A DNA stretch of 63,804 nt, the filler included, from Bacteroidales bacterium (lineage in GTDB: Bacteria; Bacteroidota; Bacteroidia; Bacteroidales; CAIWKO01), in NCBI GenBank assembly GCA_035389045.1. It is 4 parts of 4 records of this genome, joined end to end, with 100 filler letters (N's around TTAATTAATTAA, not from the genome) between each part and the next. Parts side by side here need not be neighbours in the genome. Positions count along the whole stretch, not along the records: positions 1 to 18,066 come from DAOORA010000078.1; positions 18,167 to 36,202 come from DAOORA010000079.1; 2 more parts are not named here. One strand, 5' to 3'. Shown piece by piece: positions 9,384-19,921 of this stretch (positions are counted from its first letter, which is position 1; every line of letters begins with the position of its first letter). Below the pieces are notes generated by a model, which did no database searches, was not told the DNA's origin, and saw nothing but the letters and a program-made list of their open reading frames with translations. The translations under genes and the position numbers were made by a program.

Positions 9384-10388
9384 ATGAAGGTAATTTCATT
9401 TATAATTCCCGTAAAAAACCGCTCCGGTTTATTTGAACAGGCCATCAGCTCGCTGCTCACTCAATCTGATTCAGCATGGGAAGCCATTGTCGTTGATGAT
9501 CGGTCGGACAACCATGAGTTTGAGAAAATTCAGCAGATATGCATGGCGGATAGCCGCATAAAGCTCAAACGCAGGGACGGTACCAGGGGCGGAGCGCCGG
9601 TATGCCGCAACCTCGGCGTGCGTTATGCAACGTCTGATTATATGGTGTTCCTGGATTCGGACGATATGATCGGTAAAGACTTTGTCAAGACAAGGCTTGA
9701 AACGATGGCGAAAGAACCTGGCTGTCAGATGTGGATTTTTCCTGTCAGGGTGTTTATGGATATCCCGGGTGATTCCCGCCTGCTATGGAATGTCTTTAAT
9801 GAACATAATGATCTGGACCGGTTTTTGAATGCCGACCCGCCATGGCATACAGCCTCGCCGGTATGGGAGAAAAAATCGTTCCTCGATACAGGCGGTTTTG
9901 ATGAGGAGCTGCTTTGCTGGCAGGATTGGGAAATTCATGTGAAAGCGCTCGTATTGAATTTAAAATATATAAAAATTGATCAGAAGCCCGATATCTTTTA
10001 CCGCCTGCACGATCGCGATGCCATCAGAAAACATAATATATCCAAAGAATCTTTGTTAAGCAGGTTTGCCGCTGTAAAAAGTACTTTCCTGCTGATGAAA
10101 AACAATTCAACACTTAATAAAAGGAGGAAATACCTTTTTGGCAAATTGATAATAAATATTTATATATCTTTATATAAAACAGACTCCCGGGAAGCTGATA
10201 TCTTACTTGATTTTATAGCCCGGGAAAAAATACTTTCCGGTTTTGAAATGAAAATCTGGCTTGTACGGATAAAAAATAGTAATATAGAAATACTAAATAA
10301 AGTGATTGACAAAATGATCTACAGAAAACATAACGATCATTTTCTGGACACTAAAACGGATTATCTGCATACAGAAACAGTTGATTAA
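9384..10388 (+). CDS. Glycosyltransferase family 2
   Basis: SFIIPVKNR, VVDDRS, RNLG and FLDSDD. Start adjusted to ATG 9384. Confidence 0.9.
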   Translation: MKVISFIIPVKNRSGLFEQAISSLLTQSDSAWEAIVVDDRSDNHEFEKIQQICMADSRIKLKRRDGTRGGAPVCRNLGVRYATSDYMVFLDSDDMIGKDFVKTRLETMAKEPGCQMWIFPVRVFMDIPGDSRLLWNVFNEHNDLDRFLNADPPWHTASPVWEKKSFLDTGGFDEELLCWQDWEIHVKALVLNLKYIKIDQKPDIFYRLHDRDAIRKHNISKESLLSRFAAVKSTFLLMKNNSTLNKRRKYLFGKLIINIYISLYKTDSREADILLDFIAREKILSGFEMKIWLVRIKNSNIEILNKVIDKMIYRKHNDHFLDTKTDYLHTETVD

Positions 10389-10502
10389 ACAATTATCGGA
10401 TTATCAATACCGTGTTGTTAAGCGTTTTTCTCTCATAAGCCGGAAGAATGCTGCCTTTCTGCAGGGTGATAGCAGTCGGCACCGGAAGTGTCAGGGGCTA
10501 TT

Positions 10503-10688
10503 TAGTGCCTGTCCATAAAGTCAGAGTTTGGATCAGAATGTTCGAATTCGAGGCCTGACCGACTGCGTCATTCAGGCGGGCTTTCGAAGTTTTGAAAATC
10601 AAGGAGTCCGCCAACTGGCGGATCAGGCGGGCCTGTCTGACTGGCTCAGCCAGGCAGGGATGAAGTCGGACATTATGGACAAACTCTA
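10503..10688. mobile_element. MITE-like element with 20-bp imperfect terminal inverted repeats
   Basis: TAGTGCCTGTCCATAAAGTC versus the reverse complement of GACATTATGGACAAACTCTA (16/20 match); GC-rich interior with short palindromes. Confidence 0.7.
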
Positions 10689-10776
10689 TTTAGATACTTT
10701 TAAATCACAACCGGTCATTAATCTTATTAAATTTGCAGAGCCGTTCAATCACGCCTGTGTATAATTTCAGAACCGA

Positions 10777-11871
10777 ATGAAAAGTGCCATCCATATAAAT
10801 TATAAACTTCCTGAGAATTTTCAAACCGGATGGTCACATTTGTTCAGGTCTGATTATAAATACAAAAGCGTTGACCTTAAAGTCAGGGAGCTCAGTAATG
10901 TTTTTGTAAATCATTACGGGCTGGTCATAAAAAACGGGCTTCTGGTGCAGGGTTGCGCCCCCAATACCGGATTTTCAAATTATGATAATGGTTACTATTT
11001 TAAGCATTGGCGAAAGGCAACCGAACAGATGCTGGTTTGCAGGTATGGAAAAAGTTTGACCTCGCTCAGACTCGATGATAATAAAAGATATCTACTTATT
11101 CATTCTCCCTGGTTCAGTTATTATTTCTGGCTGACAGAATGTTTACCCCGCTTACTGATGGTGAAAAATGAACTGAAAGACCTCGTTTTGATTTATCCGG
11201 AAAACTGGAAATACTGTGCTTATGTCAACGATACCCTGGAATTATTTCCGGAACTGGACAAATGTCTTATTCCTGCCGACACGCATCTTTTTGTAAAAAA
11301 CCTGGTAATGCCCGAGGTTAAACCCTGGACACCGATGGTGATTCCTGAGCAGGTTTTTGAAGTCAGGGAATTCATCGTAAGTGAAGCAAAAAAAAGAATG
11401 AATTTCGGACATCAACATAAAAATGTCTATATTTCCAGGAATGATGCGAAATACAAAAAGATCGCCAACGAAGAGGATTTTATTGAATTAGCCGCCAAAT
11501 ATAATTATGAAGTGCATACTATGTCCGGAAAATCTGTCTTTGAACAAGCGGCGCTGATGCAAAGTACTCAAAATCTGATTTCCATTACCGGTGCGTCCAT
11601 GGCCAACTATGTATTTTTAAATGCAGATTCGGCAGCTCTTGATTTAACGAACAAAATGTATATTAACGATAAAAAGTACAAATTTCATTTCAAAAAAATA
11701 TTGGATTGTCTGAATGCAAAATATTATGTTCAGTTTTGTGATCCGGTAATTGATAAACAGCTTCCATCAGTAGCCATGTACGATATAAAAGTTGATTTAT
11801 CTGCCTGTGAATCTATATTGATCAGGATGGCTGCTCCGCGAAATTCGGACCGTTTGATTTGTGACCAGTGA
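10777..11871 (+). CDS. Glycosyltransferase family 61 (DUF563)-like protein
   Basis: YYFWLTECLPRL, VYISRNDA..KIANE, EQAALM and TGASMAN motifs. Confidence 0.8.
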   Translation: MKSAIHINYKLPENFQTGWSHLFRSDYKYKSVDLKVRELSNVFVNHYGLVIKNGLLVQGCAPNTGFSNYDNGYYFKHWRKATEQMLVCRYGKSLTSLRLDDNKRYLLIHSPWFSYYFWLTECLPRLLMVKNELKDLVLIYPENWKYCAYVNDTLELFPELDKCLIPADTHLFVKNLVMPEVKPWTPMVIPEQVFEVREFIVSEAKKRMNFGHQHKNVYISRNDAKYKKIANEEDFIELAAKYNYEVHTMSGKSVFEQAALMQSTQNLISITGASMANYVFLNADSAALDLTNKMYINDKKYKFHFKKILDCLNAKYYVQFCDPVIDKQLPSVAMYDIKVDLSACESILIRMAAPRNSDRLICDQ

Positions 11872-11950
11872 TGTAATGCACAGAAAACAGTATCAGTCAA
11901 TTCATTATTCGGCGTCAGAAAATAAAAAAATAAAAATGTCCGGCAAAAAC

Positions 11951-12838
11951 ATGAATCCATTTTTTTCCATCATAATTCCTGCTTATAACCGTGCCGGCGT
12001 GTTGGATAAAGCATTGCTGTCTGTCAGAGATCAGACTTGTCCTGACTGGGAATGTATTGTTGTTGACGATGGCTCTACTGATAATACCAGGGATTTACTG
12101 GTAAAATGGTCGGAAGCTGACACCCGATTCAGATATGTTTACCAGGAAAATGCCGAACGCAGCGCGGCCCGGAATAATGGCATCAGAAATGCCGGGGGAA
12201 AATATATATGTTTTCTGGACAGCGACGACGAATACCTTCCGTGCCATCTCAGCGTTTTATTTCAGAAGATAAAGGCAGAATCGGAACCCGAGGCTCTTTT
12301 TTTTACGCACACACTGTTCCGTAAAAACGGGGAGATTATAAGGGAAGAAATGCCTGAAATGAAGGAAGATATCTTCGGGTACCTGATGATCTATCCGGTA
12401 ATACCGGCAAGGGTGTGTATTCACAACCATATACTCAGAAGGTATAATTTCAGGGAAGATACCGTCATTGCCGAAGATCAGGTTTTATGGGGAACCATTG
12501 CTTTACATTACCCGGTGATTCAGGTGTCTGAATATACTGTCGTATACAATATGAGCGACGACAACTCTGTGAATATATCAAAAAATTGTCACAGGATCAG
12601 ACTAATAGCATTAAGGAGGTTTTTTGCACAGAAGGATGTTAAGAAAAAACTCAGAAGAAAACTAAAATGTAAACTGATAAGCGACTGTTATTTCGGCATG
12701 GCACGGTATCACAGTCATAAGAGGGCGTATTTTAAATCTGCCTTCAATTTATTGATTTCGGTTTTCTATTGCCCGGTACATCCGCAAACCAAAGCCAAAA
12801 TACACATGATATTGTTCCCGCACAGGCACCGGTATTAA
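11951..12838 (+). CDS. Glycosyltransferase family 2
   Basis: FSIIIPAYNR, VVDDGSTDNT, SAARNNG and FLDSDD. Start adjusted to ATG 11951. Confidence 0.92.
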   Translation: MNPFFSIIIPAYNRAGVLDKALLSVRDQTCPDWECIVVDDGSTDNTRDLLVKWSEADTRFRYVYQENAERSAARNNGIRNAGGKYICFLDSDDEYLPCHLSVLFQKIKAESEPEALFFTHTLFRKNGEIIREEMPEMKEDIFGYLMIYPVIPARVCIHNHILRRYNFREDTVIAEDQVLWGTIALHYPVIQVSEYTVVYNMSDDNSVNISKNCHRIRLIALRRFFAQKDVKKKLRRKLKCKLISDCYFGMARYHSHKRAYFKSAFNLLISVFYCPVHPQTKAKIHMILFPHRHRY

Positions 12839-12852
12839 TAATTGAAAAATAG

Positions 12853-14019
12853 ATGAAGCATATTTTGTTCATAAAACTCGGAGGATTTTCACATATTAAT
12901 GACAGGGTGCATCAGCAACTGTCTGAAAAATTCCCCCGCTTCAAAGTTGATACAATTGATATTGCTGAATTCATTGATTCTTACCAAACAAGAAAAGTTG
13001 CCAGTTGTTTTTATCTGTTATACGAATATGGATGGGACTTCTTAACCCGGAATAAATCAAGGTATGATTATAAGTCCTGGGAGATAGTTACATCTTATAA
13101 TTTTCGTAGGATAAAAAAAATGATCGTTAAAAAAATTGAAGAGAATCCCGGTAAGTATGTGTTCAGCTTTCAGACACAATCCATGTTTGATGGCAGTTCA
13201 GGTCTTATTCCTCATTTTGTGTATACCGATAGCACGGTACTTGCCAACCGGTATTATCCCGGAATTGACATGAAAAAAGTTTTAAAATCAAAGGCCTGGA
13301 TGCGAAAAGAACAGCAGATATATGATAATGCCACATGTAACTTTACTTTTTCCACTAATCAGTCCAGATCGCTTATCGACCAATATGGAATAGAGAAAAA
13401 CAAAGTCGAATGTGTTTTTGCCGGGAGCAATGTTATTTACAATGAATCTGATCATGTCAAAAAAAATTACGATACAAAGAATATACTTTTTGTTGGTGTG
13501 AATTGGGAAAGAAAGGGCGGAGATATTTTATTCAGGTCATTCATGAAAGTACTCGAAACGATGCCCGATGCTACGCTAACCGTTGTGGGATGTTCTCCCG
13601 GAATTAAGCACCCGAATGTCGAAATTACAGGCAGGATACCTTTAGAGGAAGTTGAAAAGTACTATCAAAAAGCCAGTGTATTTTGCATGCCTACCAAACA
13701 GGAGCCTTTCGGGATTGTCTTTGTCGAAGCGATGCAGCGGAAAATACCGGTGGTCGCTTCAAATATTGGCGCTCTGCCCGATATGATTAGCAATAATTAT
13801 AACGGATTTATCCATGAGTGGGATGATGTGGAAGGTATTGCCGGATCGCTTTGTGTCTTAGTATCTGACCCTGAAAAATGCAGATTGTTCGGGGAAAGAA
13901 GTTATAAAATAATGCAGGATAAGTTTACATGGGACAAAACAGGTTTTGCTATCAAGAAAAAAATTGAAACGTTTTTACCATCGTTGGCAGGTGAAAGTAC
14001 TACCGAAGTGTCTTTTTAA
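12853..14019 (+). CDS. Glycosyltransferase family 4
   Basis: FVG..WERKGG and EPFGIVFVEAM (Ex7E motif). Confidence 0.92.
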   Translation: MKHILFIKLGGFSHINDRVHQQLSEKFPRFKVDTIDIAEFIDSYQTRKVASCFYLLYEYGWDFLTRNKSRYDYKSWEIVTSYNFRRIKKMIVKKIEENPGKYVFSFQTQSMFDGSSGLIPHFVYTDSTVLANRYYPGIDMKKVLKSKAWMRKEQQIYDNATCNFTFSTNQSRSLIDQYGIEKNKVECVFAGSNVIYNESDHVKKNYDTKNILFVGVNWERKGGDILFRSFMKVLETMPDATLTVVGCSPGIKHPNVEITGRIPLEEVEKYYQKASVFCMPTKQEPFGIVFVEAMQRKIPVVASNIGALPDMISNNYNGFIHEWDDVEGIAGSLCVLVSDPEKCRLFGERSYKIMQDKFTWDKTGFAIKKKIETFLPSLAGESTTEVSF

Positions 14020-14032
14020 TAAATCTTAGTTC

Positions 14033-14815
14033 ATGAAGATCAAACCTTTCTTACTGAAAATCTATTATTGGCCTTACCTGTCGAAAGAAAAATATGATTT
14101 TAATCAAAAAAAAATCAGAGAAACAGAATGGGATGCGATCAGCGGTTTTATGCGAAAAAATATAAAATTTCTCGATGTGGGCTGTGGTACCGGGTATGTT
14201 ATGGAAAAAATAAAAAATGAATTTGCAGGAGATTGTTTTGGAATTGATCCGGAGCCGCTGACACATGGTGTTGACAAATTCCAGGACCATACTCAAAAAA
14301 AACTGAATATTGTTCGCGGTATAGCAGAACAAATCCCTTTTCCTGATGGATCATTTGACGTCGTTTATAGCTCCCATGTGCTGGAGCATGTGGATGATGA
14401 ACCAAAATCATTAATGGAAATCAAGCGGGTACTTAAGGATGATGGTATGCTGATTATCGGGATGCCCACCGCAGCTATGGCCTGGGTGAGTTTTATTACG
14501 AATTTGCTGTTTACTTCGCATATCCGTTTTTTTAATGTCATTTCTAAGCCTTTCCCTTTCATTCATAAGGGAGAAACGAAAATGATACACATGTTCATTC
14601 CCGGTTCACACAGCCCCAACAAGGCCGATACCGTTTTTTTTGATATGCGGTTTTACAGAATATCCCGCTGGAAAAAAGCCATCGAAAATTATTTCCAGAT
14701 ACAAAAAACCCTATTACCGGCTTTTTATCCTTATCCCGAGTTCCGGCAATTGTTTAAAATGAGGAAATACAAAAGTATTTCAAGCAGTGTTTTTTTTATA
14801 TGTAAGAAAAAATAA
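14033..14815 (+). CDS. Class I SAM-dependent methyltransferase
   Basis: FLDVGCGTG and IPFPDGSFDVVYSSHVLEHV..EIKRVLK. Confidence 0.9.
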   Translation: MKIKPFLLKIYYWPYLSKEKYDFNQKKIRETEWDAISGFMRKNIKFLDVGCGTGYVMEKIKNEFAGDCFGIDPEPLTHGVDKFQDHTQKKLNIVRGIAEQIPFPDGSFDVVYSSHVLEHVDDEPKSLMEIKRVLKDDGMLIIGMPTAAMAWVSFITNLLFTSHIRFFNVISKPFPFIHKGETKMIHMFIPGSHSPNKADTVFFDMRFYRISRWKKAIENYFQIQKTLLPAFYPYPEFRQLFKMRKYKSISSSVFFICKKK

Positions 14816-15013
14816 AGCGGGTCAGGAGAATTATAGGATTATGGCAAATGCCTGATAATTGTGTAAGAGCCGGGGTTACGGTGCGCAGGTTTTATACGGA
14901 TGCCGGCCATTCCGACACAACAGTAAGGAAGGCTTGTGTTTTGTTTTGACAGGTTAAGTAAAATTTACCAAATAAAATATTGTTTTCTTAGTAAATATTA
15001 CTAAATTTGTAAA

Positions 15014-16288
15014 ATGAAAGAAATAATAAAAAACATAATACTTGAAAACCAAAATACTGAACTGCCAGTTATTATAGAGCGCGATATTCAAATTCCCGTA
15101 AATCAAAATATTATAATCAGTCTAATAGGTGCCAGGCGAAGTGGAAAAACTTATATTCTCTATCAAACTATAAAAAAACTTGTAGAAAACGGAATTTCAA
15201 ATAAATACATATTGTTTATAAATTTTGAAGATGAAAGATTAAATCTTAATTCAGAAAATTTAGATTATATAATACAATCCTATCAGGAATTATTTCCGGA
15301 AATTAAAATTAAAGATGCCTACCTTTTTTTTGATGAGATTCAAAACATCAGCGGTTGGGAAAAGTTTATACGAAGGATATTTGATACAAAAACGCGTAAT
15401 ATCTTTCTAACGGGTTCTAACTCGAAACTTTTAAGTAGTGAGATAGCCACAGAACTTCGTGGGCGCACTATCACATATACGGTTTTTCCTCTGAATTTTA
15501 AAGAGTTTTTGAAGTTTAATAATACTCAGCCCTTATTATATCCGCAAAAAAACAAAAGCAAGATTATAAATCTGGCGCATAAGTATTTAACGGAGGGTTC
15601 ATTCCCAGAATCCCTGAATTTTAATGGCATTATAAAAAACAAACTTTTACAACAGTATTTTAATGTGATGATATTTAGAGACATCATTGAAAGATACCAT
15701 GTTAGCAATATTGAAACATTAAAGTTTTTTGTCAAAAAAATATTTGCAAACGTTACTAAACCACTATCAATAAATAAAATTTATAACGAGCTTAGGTCTC
15801 TGGGGTATTCCATAAGCAATAAATATTTATACGAGTTTTTAGATTATTGTAATTCTGTTTTTTTAATACAGAATATTAATAAATTTAATTATTCTGAAAT
15901 TAAGCAGGAAAAAAGTGATAAAAAAACGTATGTGATTGATAATGGATTAATTAGCGCCATTGAGTTTTCGGTTTCGCAAAACATGGGAAAACTGTTTGAG
16001 AATATGGTGGCCATGGAATTTATAAAGAATAACAAGAAAATTTTTTATTTTAAAAATAATTTTGAATGTGATTTTATTGTTGATGATAATCACAACTATT
16101 TACCTGTTCAGGCTTCTTTTGCATTTGCAGACAATGAAACAAAAAACCGTGAGATCAGAGCTTTGATTGAAGCCTGTAACTATATTAATTCGAATAATGG
16201 AACAATAATAACATTTGATACAGAAGAAAATATAGTTTATGACGGGATTAAAGTTACTATTGTGCCTTTTTATAAGTATTTTTTATAA
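15014..16288 (+). CDS. ATP-binding protein, AAA_14 + DUF4143 type
   Basis: GARRSGKT, FFDEIQ, LTGSNSKLLSSEIATELRGR, KKTYVIDNG and ECDFIV. TAAATTTG at 15002-15009. Confidence 0.88.
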   Translation: MKEIIKNIILENQNTELPVIIERDIQIPVNQNIIISLIGARRSGKTYILYQTIKKLVENGISNKYILFINFEDERLNLNSENLDYIIQSYQELFPEIKIKDAYLFFDEIQNISGWEKFIRRIFDTKTRNIFLTGSNSKLLSSEIATELRGRTITYTVFPLNFKEFLKFNNTQPLLYPQKNKSKIINLAHKYLTEGSFPESLNFNGIIKNKLLQQYFNVMIFRDIIERYHVSNIETLKFFVKKIFANVTKPLSINKIYNELRSLGYSISNKYLYEFLDYCNSVFLIQNINKFNYSEIKQEKSDKKTYVIDNGLISAIEFSVSQNMGKLFENMVAMEFIKNNKKIFYFKNNFECDFIVDDNHNYLPVQASFAFADNETKNREIRALIEACNYINSNNGTIITFDTEENIVYDGIKVTIVPFYKYFL

Positions 16289-16761
16289 TTGATGACACTT
16301 ATGTTTTTGAAATCGGAGGAAAAAATAAAACAATGAAACAACTTTTTTTACAAATAATCAAAAAGAAAAAAACTACGGTCAGTCAGAGTAGTAATTATGC
16401 AACGCATAAATAGAACATATTATGACAAAATTCAGGTCACATTGAGTCCCCGCCTTGGCGGGGTGTCCTTGCCTGTACTGCCGTTTCGGCAGGCAGGGAA
16501 ATGGGGCCTGTTTACTGAAGAATTTCTTCAAACATTTTTTTCGGTCGACTTCGACACGTTGTTCTTGGTGTTTTTTATAATAAAGAATTTTTATCCAGAA
16601 CAACGGCTCTGTCTGACCGAAAATACTGTCTTACAAATAATTAACATAAAGTCATCATTGGTAGCAGATTCTCCTGAAACAAAAGTGCCTGCTGCGGCAA
16701 GGCAGAGAAGGAGAAGATTGAGTGATATAAAAAAATCATGCGAAACTTAAGTTAAAATGAG

Positions 16762-17901
16762 ATGAAAATCCTTCACATCATACCTTCATTGCGTAAAGGA
16801 GGCGCCGAACGGCTCGCTCTTGATATGTGTAGCGGGCTCGCAAAGGTTTCGGGAATAGTCGTCAAACTGATTTGTTTTTCTGACTGCAATGACTATAAAG
16901 CCCTTTCGGCTCATCAGCAGGTCGCAGTCATTCCTTCGGGTATCAGTTTGTCACTCTACAAAAAAAACAAATTCAGAATTCAGGAATTACAAAGCGAAAT
17001 AGAGAGGTATGCCCCTGATGTTATTCATACCCATTTGTTCGAAGCGGAAATTATCAGCCGTTGTGTTCATTATCCCCGTGCTGTATGGTTTTCGCATTGC
17101 CATGACAATATGGTGCAGTTTGAGAACTTTTCCTGGAAAACCCTGTTCACCAAAAAAAGACTGACCAATTTCTATGAAAAAAAATTCTTACTGAAACGTT
17201 ATAAAGCCAACGGAGGAACACATTTTATCGCGATCTCTGAGGATACAAAAAAATATTTTGAAAAAACGGCGCCTGAATATCCGGTTACCTTATTGAACAA
17301 TGCCGTAGATTATAATAAATTTTACAGAAAAAAAGAGATAACAGATGGCAGTGACAGTTTAAGACTGCTAAATGTCGGTTCATTTGTGGCAAAAAAAAAT
17401 CAGGCATTCCTGCTGGATGTTTGCCGGGTGCTTGGGCAAAAAAATATTGATTTTGAACTTCATCTTCTTGGGGATGGAGAAAATCGCAAAGCTTTGGAAG
17501 AAAAAGCAAAAACCATGAAACTGGAAGGTAGGATTCTTTTTCATGGCAATGTGGATCATGTTGAGGAATTTCTGTGGAATGCGGATATATACTTGCACAG
17601 CGCCACATACGAACCTTTCGGATTGGTATTACTTGAGGCTATGGCGGCAGGGCTGCCGGTGGTAACTCTTGATGGCCGGGGCAACCGCGATGTGATGGAA
17701 CAGGGGAGAAACGGGTATCTGTTATATGAACAAAACCCTGAAACCTTTGCAGAAAAAATTACAGAACTATGGAAGGATAAAGAGAAATACCGTGAAATTT
17801 CAAGATATGTGCAGATGTATGCTAAAAAGTTTGATATAAAACAATATGTGACAGGGTTGCTGGAGATTTACAGTAAAGAGATCAAGGAGTTAGTAAAATA
17901 A
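16762..17901 (+). CDS. Glycosyltransferase family 4
   Basis: GGAER, DVIHTH and EPFGLVLLEAMAAGLPVV. Confidence 0.93.
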   Translation: MKILHIIPSLRKGGAERLALDMCSGLAKVSGIVVKLICFSDCNDYKALSAHQQVAVIPSGISLSLYKKNKFRIQELQSEIERYAPDVIHTHLFEAEIISRCVHYPRAVWFSHCHDNMVQFENFSWKTLFTKKRLTNFYEKKFLLKRYKANGGTHFIAISEDTKKYFEKTAPEYPVTLLNNAVDYNKFYRKKEITDGSDSLRLLNVGSFVAKKNQAFLLDVCRVLGQKNIDFELHLLGDGENRKALEEKAKTMKLEGRILFHGNVDHVEEFLWNADIYLHSATYEPFGLVLLEAMAAGLPVVTLDGRGNRDVMEQGRNGYLLYEQNPETFAEKITELWKDKEKYREISRYVQMYAKKFDIKQYVTGLLEIYSKEIKELVK

Positions 17902-17937
17902 AACCGTTGATCGAAAAAGGACGTTTTAATGAGGAAT

Positions 17938-17990
17938 ATGGAAAAAATCAGAAAACATTCGGATTTAAAAGTTTATCAACTTTTTTTAGG
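17938..17990 (+). pseudogene. N-terminal stub of a four-helix-bundle (23S rRNA IVP-like) protein
   Basis: GAGGA then MEKIRKHSDLKVYQL, matching the family's H.DL.VYQ start. It then degenerates into octamer repeats. Confidence 0.55.
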
Positions 17991-17999
17991 ACGACACAC

Positions 18000-18066
18000 C
18001 CTCTCGTTCCCTCGTTCCATCGTTCTCCTCGTCCCCTCGTCCCCTCGTCCCCTCGTCCCCTCGTCC
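18000..18066. repeat. Tandem octamer repeat (CCTCGTCC)n at the contig end
   Basis: About five exact copies at 18028-18066, preceded by degenerate copies. Confidence 0.9.
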
Positions 18067-18166
18067 NNNNNNNNNNNNNNNNNNNNNNNNNNNNNNNNNN
18101 NNNNNNNNNNTTAATTAATTAANNNNNNNNNNNNNNNNNNNNNNNNNNNNNNNNNNNNNNNNNNNN
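18067..18166. other. Artificial contig linker
   Basis: N44-TTAATTAATTAA-N44, with stops in all six frames. Confidence 0.98.
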
Positions 18167-18809
<643 letters not shown>

Positions 18810-18888
18810 AAATTTGATCTTAAATGTTCTCAAGATTTACTATTCTTCTCAGGTTATTGACAAGAGATATTCACTCTTTTCTTACCTT

Positions 18889-19121
18889 CTTCAATATTTT
18901 CAAAGAACTTTTTCTTCTGTTTTGTTCCCATCATTTTCAAATGGGGTTGCAAAATTACTCACTTTTTAGTTATCTCCAAATTTTTTTTCACTTTTTTTTA
19001 AAATATTTTTTAAAATATTTATTATCAGTGATTTAAAATAGAAAATAATTTATAAGAACGTTTTTTTCCCCTTTTATTCATTTAGGGAGTGCAAAGATAA
19101 TACATTTTTTCCGTTCTCAAA
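18889..19121 (-). promoter_or_regulatory. Tandem Bacteroidota sigma-A rRNA promoters and boxA-like leader
   Basis: TAATTTTG (18957-18950) with TTTG 19 nt upstream; TATCTTTG (19099-19092) with TTTG 18 nt upstream; boxA-like AGTTCTTTGA near 18900-18909. Confidence 0.75.
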
Positions 19122-19326
19122 GATTTTTTTTAGTTTTTTTTAAAAAAATGTATACCCGTCCCGCCGGAGAGTATGAAATATTGATATAAATGCCTCATTT
19201 CTAATACAAAGTATAAATTTATTTGGGGCTTTAATTTCTTTCAGCATACAATTATATTACATATTGCGAAAAATATGACATGCTTTTATTATTTTTACAA
19301 GCTCAAATCATGATCATATAATTCTG

Positions 19327-19896
19327 ATGAAATTAAAATTCCATTACAGTCTTATCTTTATCTTGTTATTATCTTTGAATGTTGTTGTAAAAGCCCAGCA
19401 GGAACATACAACACCCGCAACTATTGTCGATGAAGATCTGTTTAAAAAGACATTTTTTACGGGCGGAAATTTAGGCTTGCAGTTTGGAACTGTAACCATG
19501 GTAGACGTTTCTCCCCAATTCGGTTACTATGTCCTTGAAAATATTTCGGTAGGTGTTGGTTTTACCTATCAGTTCATCAGCGACCGCAGGTACTCTCCTC
19601 CTGCCACCATGCATGTTCTTGGTGGCAGGGTTTTCACGCGCCTGCATTTTCCGTTTTACAATAGCATATTTGGTTACGGCGAATATGAATACTTGGCTTA
19701 TAAAACAAATGTTTTCAGCTCAAACCTGATGCCCGAGTGGATATCATTATCGAATGTGCTGGCCGGCATAGGCTACAGACAGAGGATTACCGGAAGATCT
19801 GCCATAACCCTGATGATACTGTGGAATTTTAATGAATCGGAATACAACCTTTACCAAAACCCGGTGATACGGGCTGGCTTCGACATCGGGATATAA
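19327..19896 (+). CDS. Hypothetical small outer-membrane beta-barrel protein
   Basis: Signal peptide, alternating beta-strand pattern (FTGGNLGLQFG, VGVGFTY) and a terminal beta strand. Confidence 0.65.
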   Translation: MKLKFHYSLIFILLLSLNVVVKAQQEHTTPATIVDEDLFKKTFFTGGNLGLQFGTVTMVDVSPQFGYYVLENISVGVGFTYQFISDRRYSPPATMHVLGGRVFTRLHFPFYNSIFGYGEYEYLAYKTNVFSSNLMPEWISLSNVLAGIGYRQRITGRSAITLMILWNFNESEYNLYQNPVIRAGFDIGI

Positions 19897-19921
19897 TTTG
19901 TATCATAGCTGTGTTTATTTT

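Noticed and set aside
10528..10764. 78-aa ORF
   Set aside because: It lies mostly within a MITE-like element, has a TTG start and shows no recognisable motif.
14816..14945. Possible riboswitch or ncRNA in a GC-richer intergenic stretch
   Set aside because: No recognisable aptamer consensus; an Rfam/Infernal search would be needed.
16397..16750. 117-aa ORF
   Set aside because: It crosses short palindromic inserts and has no recognisable domain; more likely degenerate repeat DNA.
18111..18122. TTAATTAATTAA as a biological motif
   Set aside because: It is centred in N-runs three times, so it is an assembly linker.
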